In this document: positions 49,813-59,708 of the stretch, piece by piece
Position numbering within the stretch: position 1 is the first letter of the stretch
Layout of the letters: each line of letters opens with the position of its first letter
Source of the DNA: Gammaproteobacteria bacterium
GTDB taxonomy: Bacteria > Pseudomonadota > Gammaproteobacteria > SZUA-140
DNA length: 64,000 nucleotides
Direction: 5' to 3'
NCBI GenBank assembly: GCA_046754065.1
Contig: JBHHVB010000008.1
Coordinates: forward strand, 2,497-66,496
Position numbers and translations under genes: made by a program
Notes under the pieces: model-generated
The model's database searches: none
The model's input: only the letters and a program-made list of their open reading frames with translations
What the model was told of the DNA's origin: nothing

Positions 49813-51876
49813 GTGAAGATAAAAAAGAAATTCGGTGCATCGAGAAAAGCGTGCGCAGGTCTGTCTTACCCGGTTGTGCTGCTGGGCTTACTGGGTTTGG
49901 TTGTCGTAGTCATTACCGTGTTGTTGGCTTATACAGTTGTTCAGCTAAAAGACAATATCAGGTTAAATGACTTGCTAAATGAAGAACGGGTGCTTGTGGA
50001 GAAAATAGGATATGACGTCAATTTAATATCAAACCTGGATCTAAATGGATTTGCGCTGCTTGAACAGGATTTGGATAGACTGGGGGGGCTGTTTAACGAA
50101 ATAAAACAATCCGTCAATACCGGGGATCATGGTGGAGATATTGTTAGCGCGATGAACCAGCTTGAAAGCGAGTGGTTCAGGCTTAGAAACGACCTGACGG
50201 GACTCGCGTCTCACCAACCGTCTTTAGCCGAAATTTACCAGATTGTCGAAGGTATCAGAGGCGTTGTAGCAGATATAAAGACTGAGCTGGGCAGCATTGA
50301 GCGTGACATGGCAAATATTGAACTGTCAGCGTCTGATGCGTTTTTGTTAGCCCAGCAGTCAACCCTGATTCAACGCTTGTCCTACAATGTGGAGCAACTG
50401 GTTTTTGGAGGGAATCATACTGATCGGCTTTCGGTGTACGAGAGAATCGGAAGTGATTCCGCCGTGTTTGAGCAGACACTACAGGACTTTATTAAAGGCG
50501 ATAAATTAACAGGAAAAAATGGTGGAGGTGCAGCGCGGGTTAGGGAAAGTTTGCTCAAGATAAACAAACACTTTGTTGATATTTCCGGGAGGATAAACGG
50601 GTTAATTGGTGTTGAGCAAGACCTGATAGACATGATAGCGCAATCCAGGGGTGTATCGGTGTTACTGGCTGTGTTTAGCGAAACTAGCGCAACATTGTCT
50701 CATGCCTATAGCGCTTATTTACAGAATAATACAACCTCCATGCGTGCCGGGTATATTTTAAGCAGTATGGCTATTCTTTTTATCACGATGTTGGGGTTTC
50801 AGCTCAAGTTGATACTTCGTAACGAGTTCATCAATGCGGAACATGCTGAGTCCAGTACCTTGGCAGCCTTTGTTGTCGGTGAGCTGGAGAGAATAAAATC
50901 GGGAGATTACCGGCAAATATCCAGCGCCTCAGCCCAAATACCTTCGCAAATTGTAGACGCATTTAATCATTTTTTATCAGGCATCGAAGGTCAAAAGTCA
51001 TCCGCCGACAACGTGACCACAGGGGTGGCGAAACTTGCCCAGGACATCAAGGTAACCGTTCTCCGTACGGTTGGTGTCGCGGATAAACTGGCAGACCAGA
51101 TTGATTGCCTTAATTCACATAACGACGTACTCACTACCGGTATTTCCAGAATTTCAACCGAGTTACCCCGCATGAAGGATTTGATCAAGGAACTCACAGA
51201 CAGCGAGGCTAGTTTTCCTGCTGCATTTTCGCAGATAAAAGCAGAATCCGATGCATTGTGCGAAGCCGTAAGCGATGCCTCGAGGGAAATTGAAAATCTG
51301 GCTGGCAGTATGGGTAATATTGGCGTGGTTACAGATCGAGTGCAGGCAGCAGGCAACCAAATCAATCTATTATCCTTGAACGCGGCAATTGAAATCGGAC
51401 ATAGCAAGAAGGAGGTTGAGCTTATTTTATCAGCAGAGGAAATTCAGCGAAGTGCCGAGCGAATATTGTCCGATGTTGATGAGTTAAATTCATTGGTAAC
51501 TACTGTCCAGTCGCAAGTGGAGCACATATCTCTGAATATCGATCAACATCGGGACAGATTTATGGAATCAGTCACGCTGGATAATGACATTTCCGGGGAT
51601 GCAAGTGGATCAGGGAAAATAACCAATGAATTTGAGAAACAATTCTATGGGCTTGTTAAGAATATCAAGGAGCAGATCGACGCGAATAAAATGATGACTG
51701 ATGAGTTGGCAAATGTTCAGCAATCTGTCGTAGCGGCCTCGGCAGAGATTAATGCTATGATGGCTCAACTGGATGCCCTCGTTAAGGCATCTGTAAACGG
51801 GGGAGGTTCCATTGGTCGCTCCGGTGCCGGTACTGAAAGATCTCCTGATAAAATGGATAAAGCTAACCTTCACTAG
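49813..51876 (+). CDS. pilJ: PilJ-like chemoreceptor, degenerate
   Basis: Two TMs, Q..LIQRL periplasmic motif, QINLLSLNAAIE..AEEIQRSAER. Confidence 0.75.
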   Translation: MKIKKKFGASRKACAGLSYPVVLLGLLGLVVVVITVLLAYTVVQLKDNIRLNDLLNEERVLVEKIGYDVNLISNLDLNGFALLEQDLDRLGGLFNEIKQSVNTGDHGGDIVSAMNQLESEWFRLRNDLTGLASHQPSLAEIYQIVEGIRGVVADIKTELGSIERDMANIELSASDAFLLAQQSTLIQRLSYNVEQLVFGGNHTDRLSVYERIGSDSAVFEQTLQDFIKGDKLTGKNGGGAARVRESLLKINKHFVDISGRINGLIGVEQDLIDMIAQSRGVSVLLAVFSETSATLSHAYSAYLQNNTTSMRAGYILSSMAILFITMLGFQLKLILRNEFINAEHAESSTLAAFVVGELERIKSGDYRQISSASAQIPSQIVDAFNHFLSGIEGQKSSADNVTTGVAKLAQDIKVTVLRTVGVADKLADQIDCLNSHNDVLTTGISRISTELPRMKDLIKELTDSEASFPAAFSQIKAESDALCEAVSDASREIENLAGSMGNIGVVTDRVQAAGNQINLLSLNAAIEIGHSKKEVELILSAEEIQRSAERILSDVDELNSLVTTVQSQVEHISLNIDQHRDRFMESVTLDNDISGDASGSGKITNEFEKQFYGLVKNIKEQIDANKMMTDELANVQQSVVAASAEINAMMAQLDALVKASVNGGGSIGRSGAGTERSPDKMDKANLH

Positions 51877-54611
51877 TGGTAAAAATGCATAACCGGGCTG
51901 AAATAAAAGTAATCCATGATACGGTAAAGCAAGAGGCGATTTCAGATCTTGTTGCAGCAAAGACAATTGTTAACGCCCTCGCAGAAAATGATGGCCGCCC
52001 GCGTTTGAATGAACTCACTCGGCTTATATCACAGACTCGGAGTGGGTTGGTCATGATTTCCTGTGATGCTGAGATTCGCCTGATCGATGATATTGCAAAT
52101 TATATTAACACGCACTTTGTTCATGACAGGGATATCGATCCCACAAAGTTAAGATTGATGATTCAGGCGCTCAATACGGCGATCTACCGTTTGGATAGCC
52201 TGGATGGTGCTGGTATGGAAGAAACATTACTTGGGGACGGTGCCGGGCGTGTGGAGCAGACATCCAGTGGCGCATCAATGAAAATCTGTTCTGGTGGAAC
52301 GTTGACCGCAACCTTGAACGAGGTAAGCGAAGCTATCGAACCGCCTCCTAACGCCTCGCTAGAAGCGACCCCAAGCTTAAAGAAGCCTGTTTCATTTCCG
52401 GATCGAGGTTCATTAAGCAAGGATATAGATGAGTTTTTTATTCAGGAGTCAGCTGCTTTGCTTGCATCTGTCATTGAATGCTATGAAGAATGGCGACAAT
52501 CGCCCGATAAAACGTCGCTGGAAAAATCCTTGTATGATGCCTTGATCAATATGAAGAACAGGGCGTTAATCGCCGGTGTTGACGAAGTTGCAGAACTTTT
52601 CCATTATCTGACTGATATCCTGCGTATTAAGGATGAGCCTGGATTGGTTAACCAGAACGATGTGTTCGGGTTTTTTGAGGAATCTTTCTCCGGGTTACAA
52701 ACCATATTTCAGCAAATGCGCCAGCACCTGCCCGTGGCAGGTATGAATAACTTACTGGAACGTATGAATAATGTGATTAGTAAATCACACTACTCATGTG
52801 TGGATAAGAGCAGGATTTCAGACGATGCACGGTCTGGAATTGCCGGGCGTTCTGGAGGCGGCGAGATTGACGAAAGTAATCGAATCGAGGAATTTAAAAA
52901 ACTTCATCTTGATAACAATGATCTTCGCAAACAAATCGAACGCCATTGCAGGATCAATCATTCATTGTTGAGTTCATTGTCGCAGACAATTGAAAGTCTG
53001 GATCAGGGGGTCGAAGATTTCCTCAATTACAGTGTAAGCCATCGTTACAAAGATTCTTCAGCTACCAATAGCGAAACAAACCAATCGGGCAAATTGCTAA
53101 ATATTGAGACATCTCTCGGTGCACGCCGGATAAAAGACCGCTTGTTGGCCTCAACGGCCAAAATTAAAAAGATCAGGGATAAACTCGGATCAACGGGAAA
53201 GTTGACCGAAAAAACGCTTTTGCAACTTGCGCGTACCAGCGAGGAATTTAGTCGGACTATTGAATCATCGGAATCCGAGTTTTTGGGTCACCACATACCT
53301 GAATTGATGCGGCTTATTGAAACTAGTGCGGCTCGTCACGATAAAATAATCAAGTTAGTCGTGATGGGGGAGGATGTAAACATAAGTCAACAAATATTCA
53401 AATGCTTATGGAATCCGTTAACCCAGTTGCTGGATTGCGCCATCGAAAACGCAATCGCATTACCCGATGCAAGAAGCAGATCGGGTAAAGACGAATGTGC
53501 TGAATTGACGTTTGCTGTCGCGCAGGACGGGTCTGATCTGGTGATGACTGTTAATCTGGACGATGACGGGATTGACCTTGATAATCATGCCTGCCTCGAG
53601 GAGACAGATGCACATTTCCTTGAGACTTATGAGAACCTTGTGGTAGCCGTGTCATCTGTCGGGGGAAGTGTTAATACCCATTTTTCTCATGAAAGTGGTA
53701 ACAAGATTGTAATTCGCATACCAAAGCTTGTCAGACGACAGCAGGTTTTGATGATCGATGTTGATGGAGAATTTTACGGGATTCCGATTGCTGATATTGA
53801 GGACGTCGTTCATGGTTCCCAATCGGAATTGAAATTCGTATCGTCTTTGCATAAAACGCGTTATGTTTTTGGCGGGCATATCTACCGTCCAGGGCATTTG
53901 GGTCGATTGCTCACCGGCCGTTCAGAGACAGAGTATCTACCAAAGTCCGATAGTGAAGTTGTTTTATTAGTGAATATTCAAGGAGAGAGGTTTGCTTTGG
54001 TGGCCAATTCACTATTGGGTTCACGTGAAGTGATGGTTAGGCCACCAGACTGTCAGCTAAGTACCGTCAAGGTGATTTCCGGGACCGCCTTGATGAATGA
54101 TGAAATATTGTTTGTACTTGATCTTGCGGAATTGCTTGAAATAGATCGTTCTGGATTTTCAGCTGCCGACGTGGAATCAGAGGGTGGAGACCAGGCTAGA
54201 TCGAATGTGACCGCGATGATTGTTACAGATGCTGGGGACAGCGTGATCAACCAGGTGCTTGAAAGTTATAAAATTAAAGTGGTAATGGCCTGTGATGGGG
54301 AGCATGCTATGTCTCTGCTAGATGGGCAACTGCCGGATATAATCTTGATCAGGGAATCTTCCGATAATGTCGATGGCCATGAATTGTTAGGCAGGATACG
54401 GTTTAATGATCGCTTAAGGAATATTCCCGCAATCTTGTTCACGAGTTCAGAGTTTTTAACGTATAATCCCAATGAAGATAGTTTTAGTCGTGAATCAGGT
54501 GCCGGGCTGGAGGTGGGTGATATGTCTCATATATTTGATGCTCAAGATTGTCTGATCAACAACGAGTATGAGTTGATCGATAACATCTATTCACTTGTCG
54601 GGTGTCGGTAA
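51876..54611 (+). CDS. chpA: ChpA/CheA-like protein, shortened and lacking phosphorelay residues
   Basis: Order of Hpt-like (EFFIQES), HATPase-like, CheW and REC-like domains; operon position. Confidence 0.72.
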   Translation: MVKMHNRAEIKVIHDTVKQEAISDLVAAKTIVNALAENDGRPRLNELTRLISQTRSGLVMISCDAEIRLIDDIANYINTHFVHDRDIDPTKLRLMIQALNTAIYRLDSLDGAGMEETLLGDGAGRVEQTSSGASMKICSGGTLTATLNEVSEAIEPPPNASLEATPSLKKPVSFPDRGSLSKDIDEFFIQESAALLASVIECYEEWRQSPDKTSLEKSLYDALINMKNRALIAGVDEVAELFHYLTDILRIKDEPGLVNQNDVFGFFEESFSGLQTIFQQMRQHLPVAGMNNLLERMNNVISKSHYSCVDKSRISDDARSGIAGRSGGGEIDESNRIEEFKKLHLDNNDLRKQIERHCRINHSLLSSLSQTIESLDQGVEDFLNYSVSHRYKDSSATNSETNQSGKLLNIETSLGARRIKDRLLASTAKIKKIRDKLGSTGKLTEKTLLQLARTSEEFSRTIESSESEFLGHHIPELMRLIETSAARHDKIIKLVVMGEDVNISQQIFKCLWNPLTQLLDCAIENAIALPDARSRSGKDECAELTFAVAQDGSDLVMTVNLDDDGIDLDNHACLEETDAHFLETYENLVVAVSSVGGSVNTHFSHESGNKIVIRIPKLVRRQQVLMIDVDGEFYGIPIADIEDVVHGSQSELKFVSSLHKTRYVFGGHIYRPGHLGRLLTGRSETEYLPKSDSEVVLLVNIQGERFALVANSLLGSREVMVRPPDCQLSTVKVISGTALMNDEILFVLDLAELLEIDRSGFSAADVESEGGDQARSNVTAMIVTDAGDSVINQVLESYKIKVVMACDGEHAMSLLDGQLPDIILIRESSDNVDGHELLGRIRFNDRLRNIPAILFTSSEFLTYNPNEDSFSRESGAGLEVGDMSHIFDAQDCLINNEYELIDNIYSLVGCR

Positions 54612-55680
54612 ATTGTTGCCTGATCACAACAATGTGCCTTTACGCGTTGCAATAGTGACGAATTCCCCGCAGCCAAATGAAACGCTTTCTGATTATATGC
54701 GGTCATTTGGTTTAAATGTTGTGCTAAACGCTCCTCTTTCTGTCAAAACGCTCGGTAAGCTCCGGGAAAATAACATAGATGTTTTACTGGTAGATCTTGG
54801 AATGGGAGGAGTCCCCAAAGAAGAGTGTATTGAATTGCTGCATGGCGAGCTCGATATACCCGTACTTTATAATGATGGGCTAGTTACTTCCGGAGACGAT
54901 GAGCAGGACGAAAGCCAGATGATGATGCTGAGCCAAAAACTGGCTCAAGCGTGTGGTAGAAAACTGCCAATAGTTGATAACGGAGATAGTGATAGATCAG
55001 TTTTGAATGCTGATGATAGAGAAAGACTAAAAGTGATTGATGAGTCGAACATTACACCGATGCCGATAAATCCGACTACTGAAAAGCATGGTATTGCGGA
55101 TCGAGTATGGGTGCTTGTGGGTTCAATAGGCAGTATTAATGCGATAATGCAGTTTTTGTGCAGAATACCTGCCGATTTTCCTGCTGCATTTATTATCTCG
55201 CTGAAAATTGATGAGCGAATTCTCCCGATGTATAAAAAAGTTGTCGAGGAAAACACCGCATTCCGGGTTTTTTTGGCAGAGCACGGGCATGCGCTAAAAC
55301 GAGGTGAAGTTATTATCGCCTCTCAAGTCAATCATTTGTCAATTAATGCAAATGGTGAGGTGCAAATGTATTCCCCGTTGGCAGAGTTCGGTTGGAATGA
55401 GCACCGGGATGACTTGATGAGAGCAGTGGCTCAACAATACCACGATCATGCTGGTGTTATCGTTTTTAGCGGTATTAGTCACGACGGGATCGATGGTTGT
55501 CGGGCGATTACCGAATGTGGGGGAATGGTTTGGGTTCAGAGTGCGGACAGTTGTTTGTACAAAAGCATGCCGGATTTTGTCCGTGATATGTGTAGCGTTA
55601 CCTACAGTGATTCGCCAGAACTGATGGCCGTCCATTTGGCCGAGGATGTTAGGCAAGTTCAGTTGGCAAACGCAGTTTAA
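54595..55680 (+). CDS. chpB: ChpB/CheB-like methylesterase, degenerate
   Basis: RVWVLVGSIG, IVFSG..HDG..G, GG.VW.Q...SC...SMPD. Confidence 0.78.
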   Translation: MSGVGKLLPDHNNVPLRVAIVTNSPQPNETLSDYMRSFGLNVVLNAPLSVKTLGKLRENNIDVLLVDLGMGGVPKEECIELLHGELDIPVLYNDGLVTSGDDEQDESQMMMLSQKLAQACGRKLPIVDNGDSDRSVLNADDRERLKVIDESNITPMPINPTTEKHGIADRVWVLVGSIGSINAIMQFLCRIPADFPAAFIISLKIDERILPMYKKVVEENTAFRVFLAEHGHALKRGEVIIASQVNHLSINANGEVQMYSPLAEFGWNEHRDDLMRAVAQQYHDHAGVIVFSGISHDGIDGCRAITECGGMVWVQSADSCLYKSMPDFVRDMCSVTYSDSPELMAVHLAEDVRQVQLANAV

Positions 55681-55687
55681 TCAAGCG

Positions 55688-56455
55688 TTAATCAGCTTGC
55701 CGGGAAAAGTCCCCCCATAATGTCTGAATTGCCGCGATTGCCGCGATGCTGGCAGTTTCTGTTCTTAGAATTCTCGGGCCGATTTTTACCGGAATAAAAC
55801 CAACATTTTTAACACTGGAGATTTCGTGCGGGCTGAGACCACCTTCTGGTCCGATTAATAATGAAACATTGTGGTCTGTCATCATTATATTGGACAACAC
55901 ATTGGTGCTTAAGGGGTCAAGTACCAGTCGGGTAGGTTGTTGAGCAATATCTCCTGTATTCTTTTTTTCACCTTCGAGCCACTCCTCGAAGGTCGCTGGT
56001 GTAGTAATCGTGGGAATATTGGCTCGACCACATTGCTCGCAGGCGCTAATCAGGATTGATTGCCAATGTTTATGTTTTTTTGTGGCCCTGTCTTCCTCCA
56101 GCTTAACCACACTGCGTTCGGTAATTAACGGAATAATTGCGTTGACGCCTAATTCGGTAGATTTTTGTAAGGTGTAGTCCATGCGTTCTCCACGTGAGAC
56201 TCCCTGAATGAGCGTTAGATGAATAGGGGATTCAGTTCTATTTTCACAGGCCTGACCCAGGCAGATCGTTGTTGACCTTCTTTCAACGGAGGTTACCGTT
56301 GCTTCGAATTCGCCATCTTGTTCATTGAAAATGAAGATTGGTGCGCCGGGTTTAAGGCGTAAAACACGCGCTATATATTTGCTGGTGTCTTCATCAAGCA
56401 TAACATGCGGTACATTTGCCAAATTAGCGCTACAATATATTCTCGGTTTTCGCAT
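55688..56455 (-). CDS. rsmE: 16S rRNA m3U1498 methyltransferase
   Basis: VLRL, QKSTELGV, ACEQCGR, IGPEGG, GPRILRTETA. Confidence 0.96.
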   Translation of the reverse strand: MRKPRIYCSANLANVPHVMLDEDTSKYIARVLRLKPGAPIFIFNEQDGEFEATVTSVERRSTTICLGQACENRTESPIHLTLIQGVSRGERMDYTLQKSTELGVNAIIPLITERSVVKLEEDRATKKHKHWQSILISACEQCGRANIPTITTPATFEEWLEGEKKNTGDIAQQPTRLVLDPLSTNVLSNIMMTDHNVSLLIGPEGGLSPHEISSVKNVGFIPVKIGPRILRTETASIAAIAAIQTLWGDFSRQAD

Positions 56456-56468
56456 TGGCGTATTTCTA

Positions 56469-57818
56469 TCAGCTCCGGGTTGCCTGTTGTATGCCTTCCC
56501 ACGCTACACGGGAAATTGTGGCTATTTGCTCATCATTGATTACATAAGGAGGCATGAAGTAGATAACGTTACCCAAAGGTCGTAAAAGCACACCGTTTTT
56601 CAATGCGAATTTATAGACTTTCAATCCTCTTCTTTCCTGCCAGGGGAACGGTTCCAGGGTATCCTTATTCTTTACCATTTCAATAGCGAGTATCATTCCG
56701 CGTTGTCTTACGTCACCTATATGGGGATGTTCTATAAATCCGGCGGTATGGCGGCCCATTGAATTGATCAACAATCGGTTTTTTTCGATAATTTGCTCTT
56801 CCTGGAAAATTTTAAGCGTCGCGAGCGCTGCGGCGCAACCAAGTGGATTGCCGGTATAGCTATGTGAATGTAGGAATGCCCGCATGCTTTGGTAATCATC
56901 AAAGAAGGCGTCATAGACCTGGTCGGTCGTCAGCGTTACAGATAATGGCAGATATCCACCTGTCAGTCCTTTTGAAAGGCACATAAAGTCAGGGCAAATA
57001 TTAGCCTGTTCGCTGGCGAATAACGTGCCTGTGCGTCCAAACCCCACAGCGATTTCGTCTACAATCAGATGGACATTATAGCGATCACATGCTTCTCTCA
57101 ATAATTCCAGATACACAGGATGATACATTCTCATGTTGCCGGCACATTGTACCAGGGGCTCTATGACAACTGCGCAAACTTCATGGTGGTGAGTTTGAAG
57201 AGTCTGTTCCATTTCTTTAAACAGTTGTTCGGCATGTTCCTTCGCAGATACATCCGGCATTTTGTGGAAGCAATCCGGGGAGGTGACCGATATTGTATCC
57301 ATTAGCAGAGGACCGTAGGTTTGTTTGTACAGATCTACATTGCCGACAGCCAAAGCGCCCAAGGTCTCTCCATGATAGCTGTTAGTCAGCGTTATAAAGC
57401 GGGTTTTGCCATGCTCACCACAATTACGCCAGTAGTGGTAGCTCATTTTCATGGCCACCTCGATGGCAGACGAGCCATTATCTGCATAAAAGCAACGAGT
57501 GAGCCCTTTTGGCGTCAATTCAACAAGTTGTTCAGAAAGCTGGATGACGGGCTCGTGAGTAAACCCCGCTAACAGGACATGTTCTAGATTGTCGAGTTGA
57601 GAACAAATGGCCTGATTAATCGTGGGGTTTCCGTGTCCGAAAAGGTTTACCCACCAGGAGCTGATTGCATCGATATATCGATTTCCATCAAAATCTTCTA
57701 ACCATACCCCGTCTCCTTTTTTTATGGGTATCAACGGTAAATGAGCATGATCCTTCATTTGTGTGCACGGATGCCATAGAACAGACAGGTCTCTCTTGGT
57801 AAGCGATTTATTTGACAT
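56469..57818 (-). CDS. bioA: DAPA aminotransferase
   Basis: WHPCTQM, SSWW, DEIAVGFGRTG, SKGLTGGY, HSHSYTGN. Confidence 0.96.
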   Translation of the reverse strand: MSNKSLTKRDLSVLWHPCTQMKDHAHLPLIPIKKGDGVWLEDFDGNRYIDAISSWWVNLFGHGNPTINQAICSQLDNLEHVLLAGFTHEPVIQLSEQLVELTPKGLTRCFYADNGSSAIEVAMKMSYHYWRNCGEHGKTRFITLTNSYHGETLGALAVGNVDLYKQTYGPLLMDTISVTSPDCFHKMPDVSAKEHAEQLFKEMEQTLQTHHHEVCAVVIEPLVQCAGNMRMYHPVYLELLREACDRYNVHLIVDEIAVGFGRTGTLFASEQANICPDFMCLSKGLTGGYLPLSVTLTTDQVYDAFFDDYQSMRAFLHSHSYTGNPLGCAAALATLKIFQEEQIIEKNRLLINSMGRHTAGFIEHPHIGDVRQRGMILAIEMVKNKDTLEPFPWQERRGLKVYKFALKNGVLLRPLGNVIYFMPPYVINDEQIATISRVAWEGIQQATRS

Positions 57819-58075
57819 TGTGATAGAATTCTCAATTTAGGTAAGCATTGAAATTTTAACACTAACCTGTTTGTTGGCTTTATACAAACTGACCAGCGTA
57901 AATGTAAGCTGAAAACGTCTGATACAGGCTGATAATTCAGGCGGTGTAGACGTGATTGGCTATACTATGATCAAAGCAGATCAGCTTGTCGAAAAATGAA
58001 ATTTCATTAAACTGTGCTGCACGTACATATGTGCTTTGAAATTAATTCGTTAAACTAGATAGTAAGGAGATTGAT

Positions 58076-58675
58076 ATGAGTGTGTTAGTTACAAAACAGG
58101 CTCCGGATTTTACCGCCACAGCGGTGATGGCAGACAACAGCATGAATGAAGAGTTTAGTCTGTCAGACTATCGCGGCAAATATGTTGTACTATTTTTCTA
58201 TCCGCTGGATTTTACATTCGTATGTCCGTCCGAATTGATCGCGTTCGATCACCGTTTGGCAGAATTTGAAAAGAGAAATGTTCAGGTTATCGGATGCTCA
58301 GTGGATTCGCACTTCTCTCACCTGGCGTGGAAGAATACTGAAATTAAAAATGGCGGGATTGGGCAGGTGAAATATCCGTTGGTAGCAGATTTGACCAAGG
58401 GTATTGGCCGTGATTACGATGTGCTATTTGATGATGCAGTGACATTGCGTGGTTCATTTCTTATTGACAAAGATGGAGTAGTGCGTCACCAGGTTGTCAA
58501 TGATTTGCCATTAGGTAGAAATATCGATGAAATGTTGCGTATGGTTGATGCGCTGCAGTTTACTGAAGAACACGGCGAAGTATGTCCAGCCGGCTGGACG
58601 GAAGGTCAAAAGGGTATGACGGCCTCTACTGAGGGTGTCGCAGAATATCTTGCATCTGAGGCAGACAAACTGTAA
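58076..58675 (+). CDS. 2-Cys peroxiredoxin (AhpC/TsaA)
   Basis: FYPLDFTFVCP, GRN..E, GEVCPAGW. Confidence 0.95.
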   Translation: MSVLVTKQAPDFTATAVMADNSMNEEFSLSDYRGKYVVLFFYPLDFTFVCPSELIAFDHRLAEFEKRNVQVIGCSVDSHFSHLAWKNTEIKNGGIGQVKYPLVADLTKGIGRDYDVLFDDAVTLRGSFLIDKDGVVRHQVVNDLPLGRNIDEMLRMVDALQFTEEHGEVCPAGWTEGQKGMTASTEGVAEYLASEADKL

Positions 58676-58689
58676 ATACCTGAATTCTT

Positions 58690-58720
58690 AAAACGGGCGG
58701 CGTTGGCTGCCCGTTTTTTT
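58690..58720. terminator. Bidirectional terminator
   Basis: AAAACGGGCGGC-gttg-GCTGCCCGTTTTTT. Confidence 0.8.
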
Positions 58721-58724
58721 GGAT

Positions 58725-59708
58725 TTACGCTTCCTCTCCAGATTTTTTATCTTCAGCTTCTTCGCTGGAATCTTTATTATCCGCTGATGTGCCGTCACTC
58801 TGAGAGGATTCTGGTTCATCCAGATCGTCAAGATCGAGGTCAATTTCTCCAAGTAGTGCATCAATATCATCCTGATCCGTTGGTTCAGACTCAGGCTCGG
58901 GTTCAGGCTCGGGTTCGGGTTCAGGCTCGGGTTCGGGTTCAGGCTCGGGTTCGGGCTCAGGCTCGGGTTCAGGCTCAGGCTCAGGCTCGGGTTCAGGCTC
59001 AGGCTCGGGTTCAGGCTCAGGCTCGGGTTCGGGCTCAGGCTCGGGTTCGGGCTCAGGCTCAGGCTCGGGTTCGGGCTCAGGCTCGGGTTCCTCAAGTGGA
59101 ACCTCCTGATGATTTTCATCGACGACGATTCCCTCCTTCTCTTTTCCTGGTTCTTCCGCCCTGGTCGCATCGAGTATGCCGCTGTTGAATGCTGAAGTGT
59201 ATTCGCTGAGCGCTGCCTTCATTTCGGCCTGGGTTTGATGAAGTTCTGTTGCCAGCTTGTCATTTTCTTCCTTAAGTGAATCAACCGTATTTGATAGCGC
59301 AATGAATTCCTCATTATTAGTGATATCGCCGCCGACGGTTTCCAGGTGTAGTTGATGATAGACATTGATTGTTTCTTTCATATTTTCCGCAAAGGCTTCG
59401 ATATGTTCCTTGTCCTGGTGGGTATAGCTATCGACAAGGCTGTGCATGAGCACCTGTTCCTGTTTAATGATTTTGGTAACGGTCTCCTGGGATTTTTCAG
59501 GGTCAAACTCATAATGTTCGACGAGCATGTCGTGGAGCATCTCCTGGCGGGCTACTTCAACTTCCTTGATTTTTTCGCTGAGTTCCTCGGGAATGACGCT
59601 GGCTGTACGCTTGCGAATATACAAAAATGTCAGAACACCAGAAATAATCAATAAAACAAGGCATATTTCTGCGAGGACTATTGTTGATGTTGCGTAGAAA
59701 CTATTCAT
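58725..59708 (-). CDS. Membrane-anchored coiled-coil protein with (EP)33 linker and acidic tail
   Basis: N-terminal TM, helical acidic region, EP repeat; ATG overlaps the stop of the upstream VWA gene. Confidence 0.75.
   Translation of the reverse strand: MNSFYATSTIVLAEICLVLLIISGVLTFLYIRKRTASVIPEELSEKIKEVEVARQEMLHDMLVEHYEFDPEKSQETVTKIIKQEQVLMHSLVDSYTHQDKEHIEAFAENMKETINVYHQLHLETVGGDITNNEEFIALSNTVDSLKEENDKLATELHQTQAEMKAALSEYTSAFNSGILDATRAEEPGKEKEGIVVDENHQEVPLEEPEPEPEPEPEPEPEPEPEPEPEPEPEPEPEPEPEPEPEPEPEPEPEPEPEPEPEPEPEPEPEPEPESEPTDQDDIDALLGEIDLDLDDLDEPESSQSDGTSADNKDSSEEAEDKKSGEEA
58893..59090 (-). repeat. 33 x 6-bp repeat GARCCY encoding (EP)33
   Basis: 198 bp of GAA/GAG-CCC/CCT units. Confidence 0.95.

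Noticed and set aside
58688-59188. ORFs with QARV and NPSL repeats
   Set aside because: Alternative-frame and antisense readings of the EP hexamer repeat.
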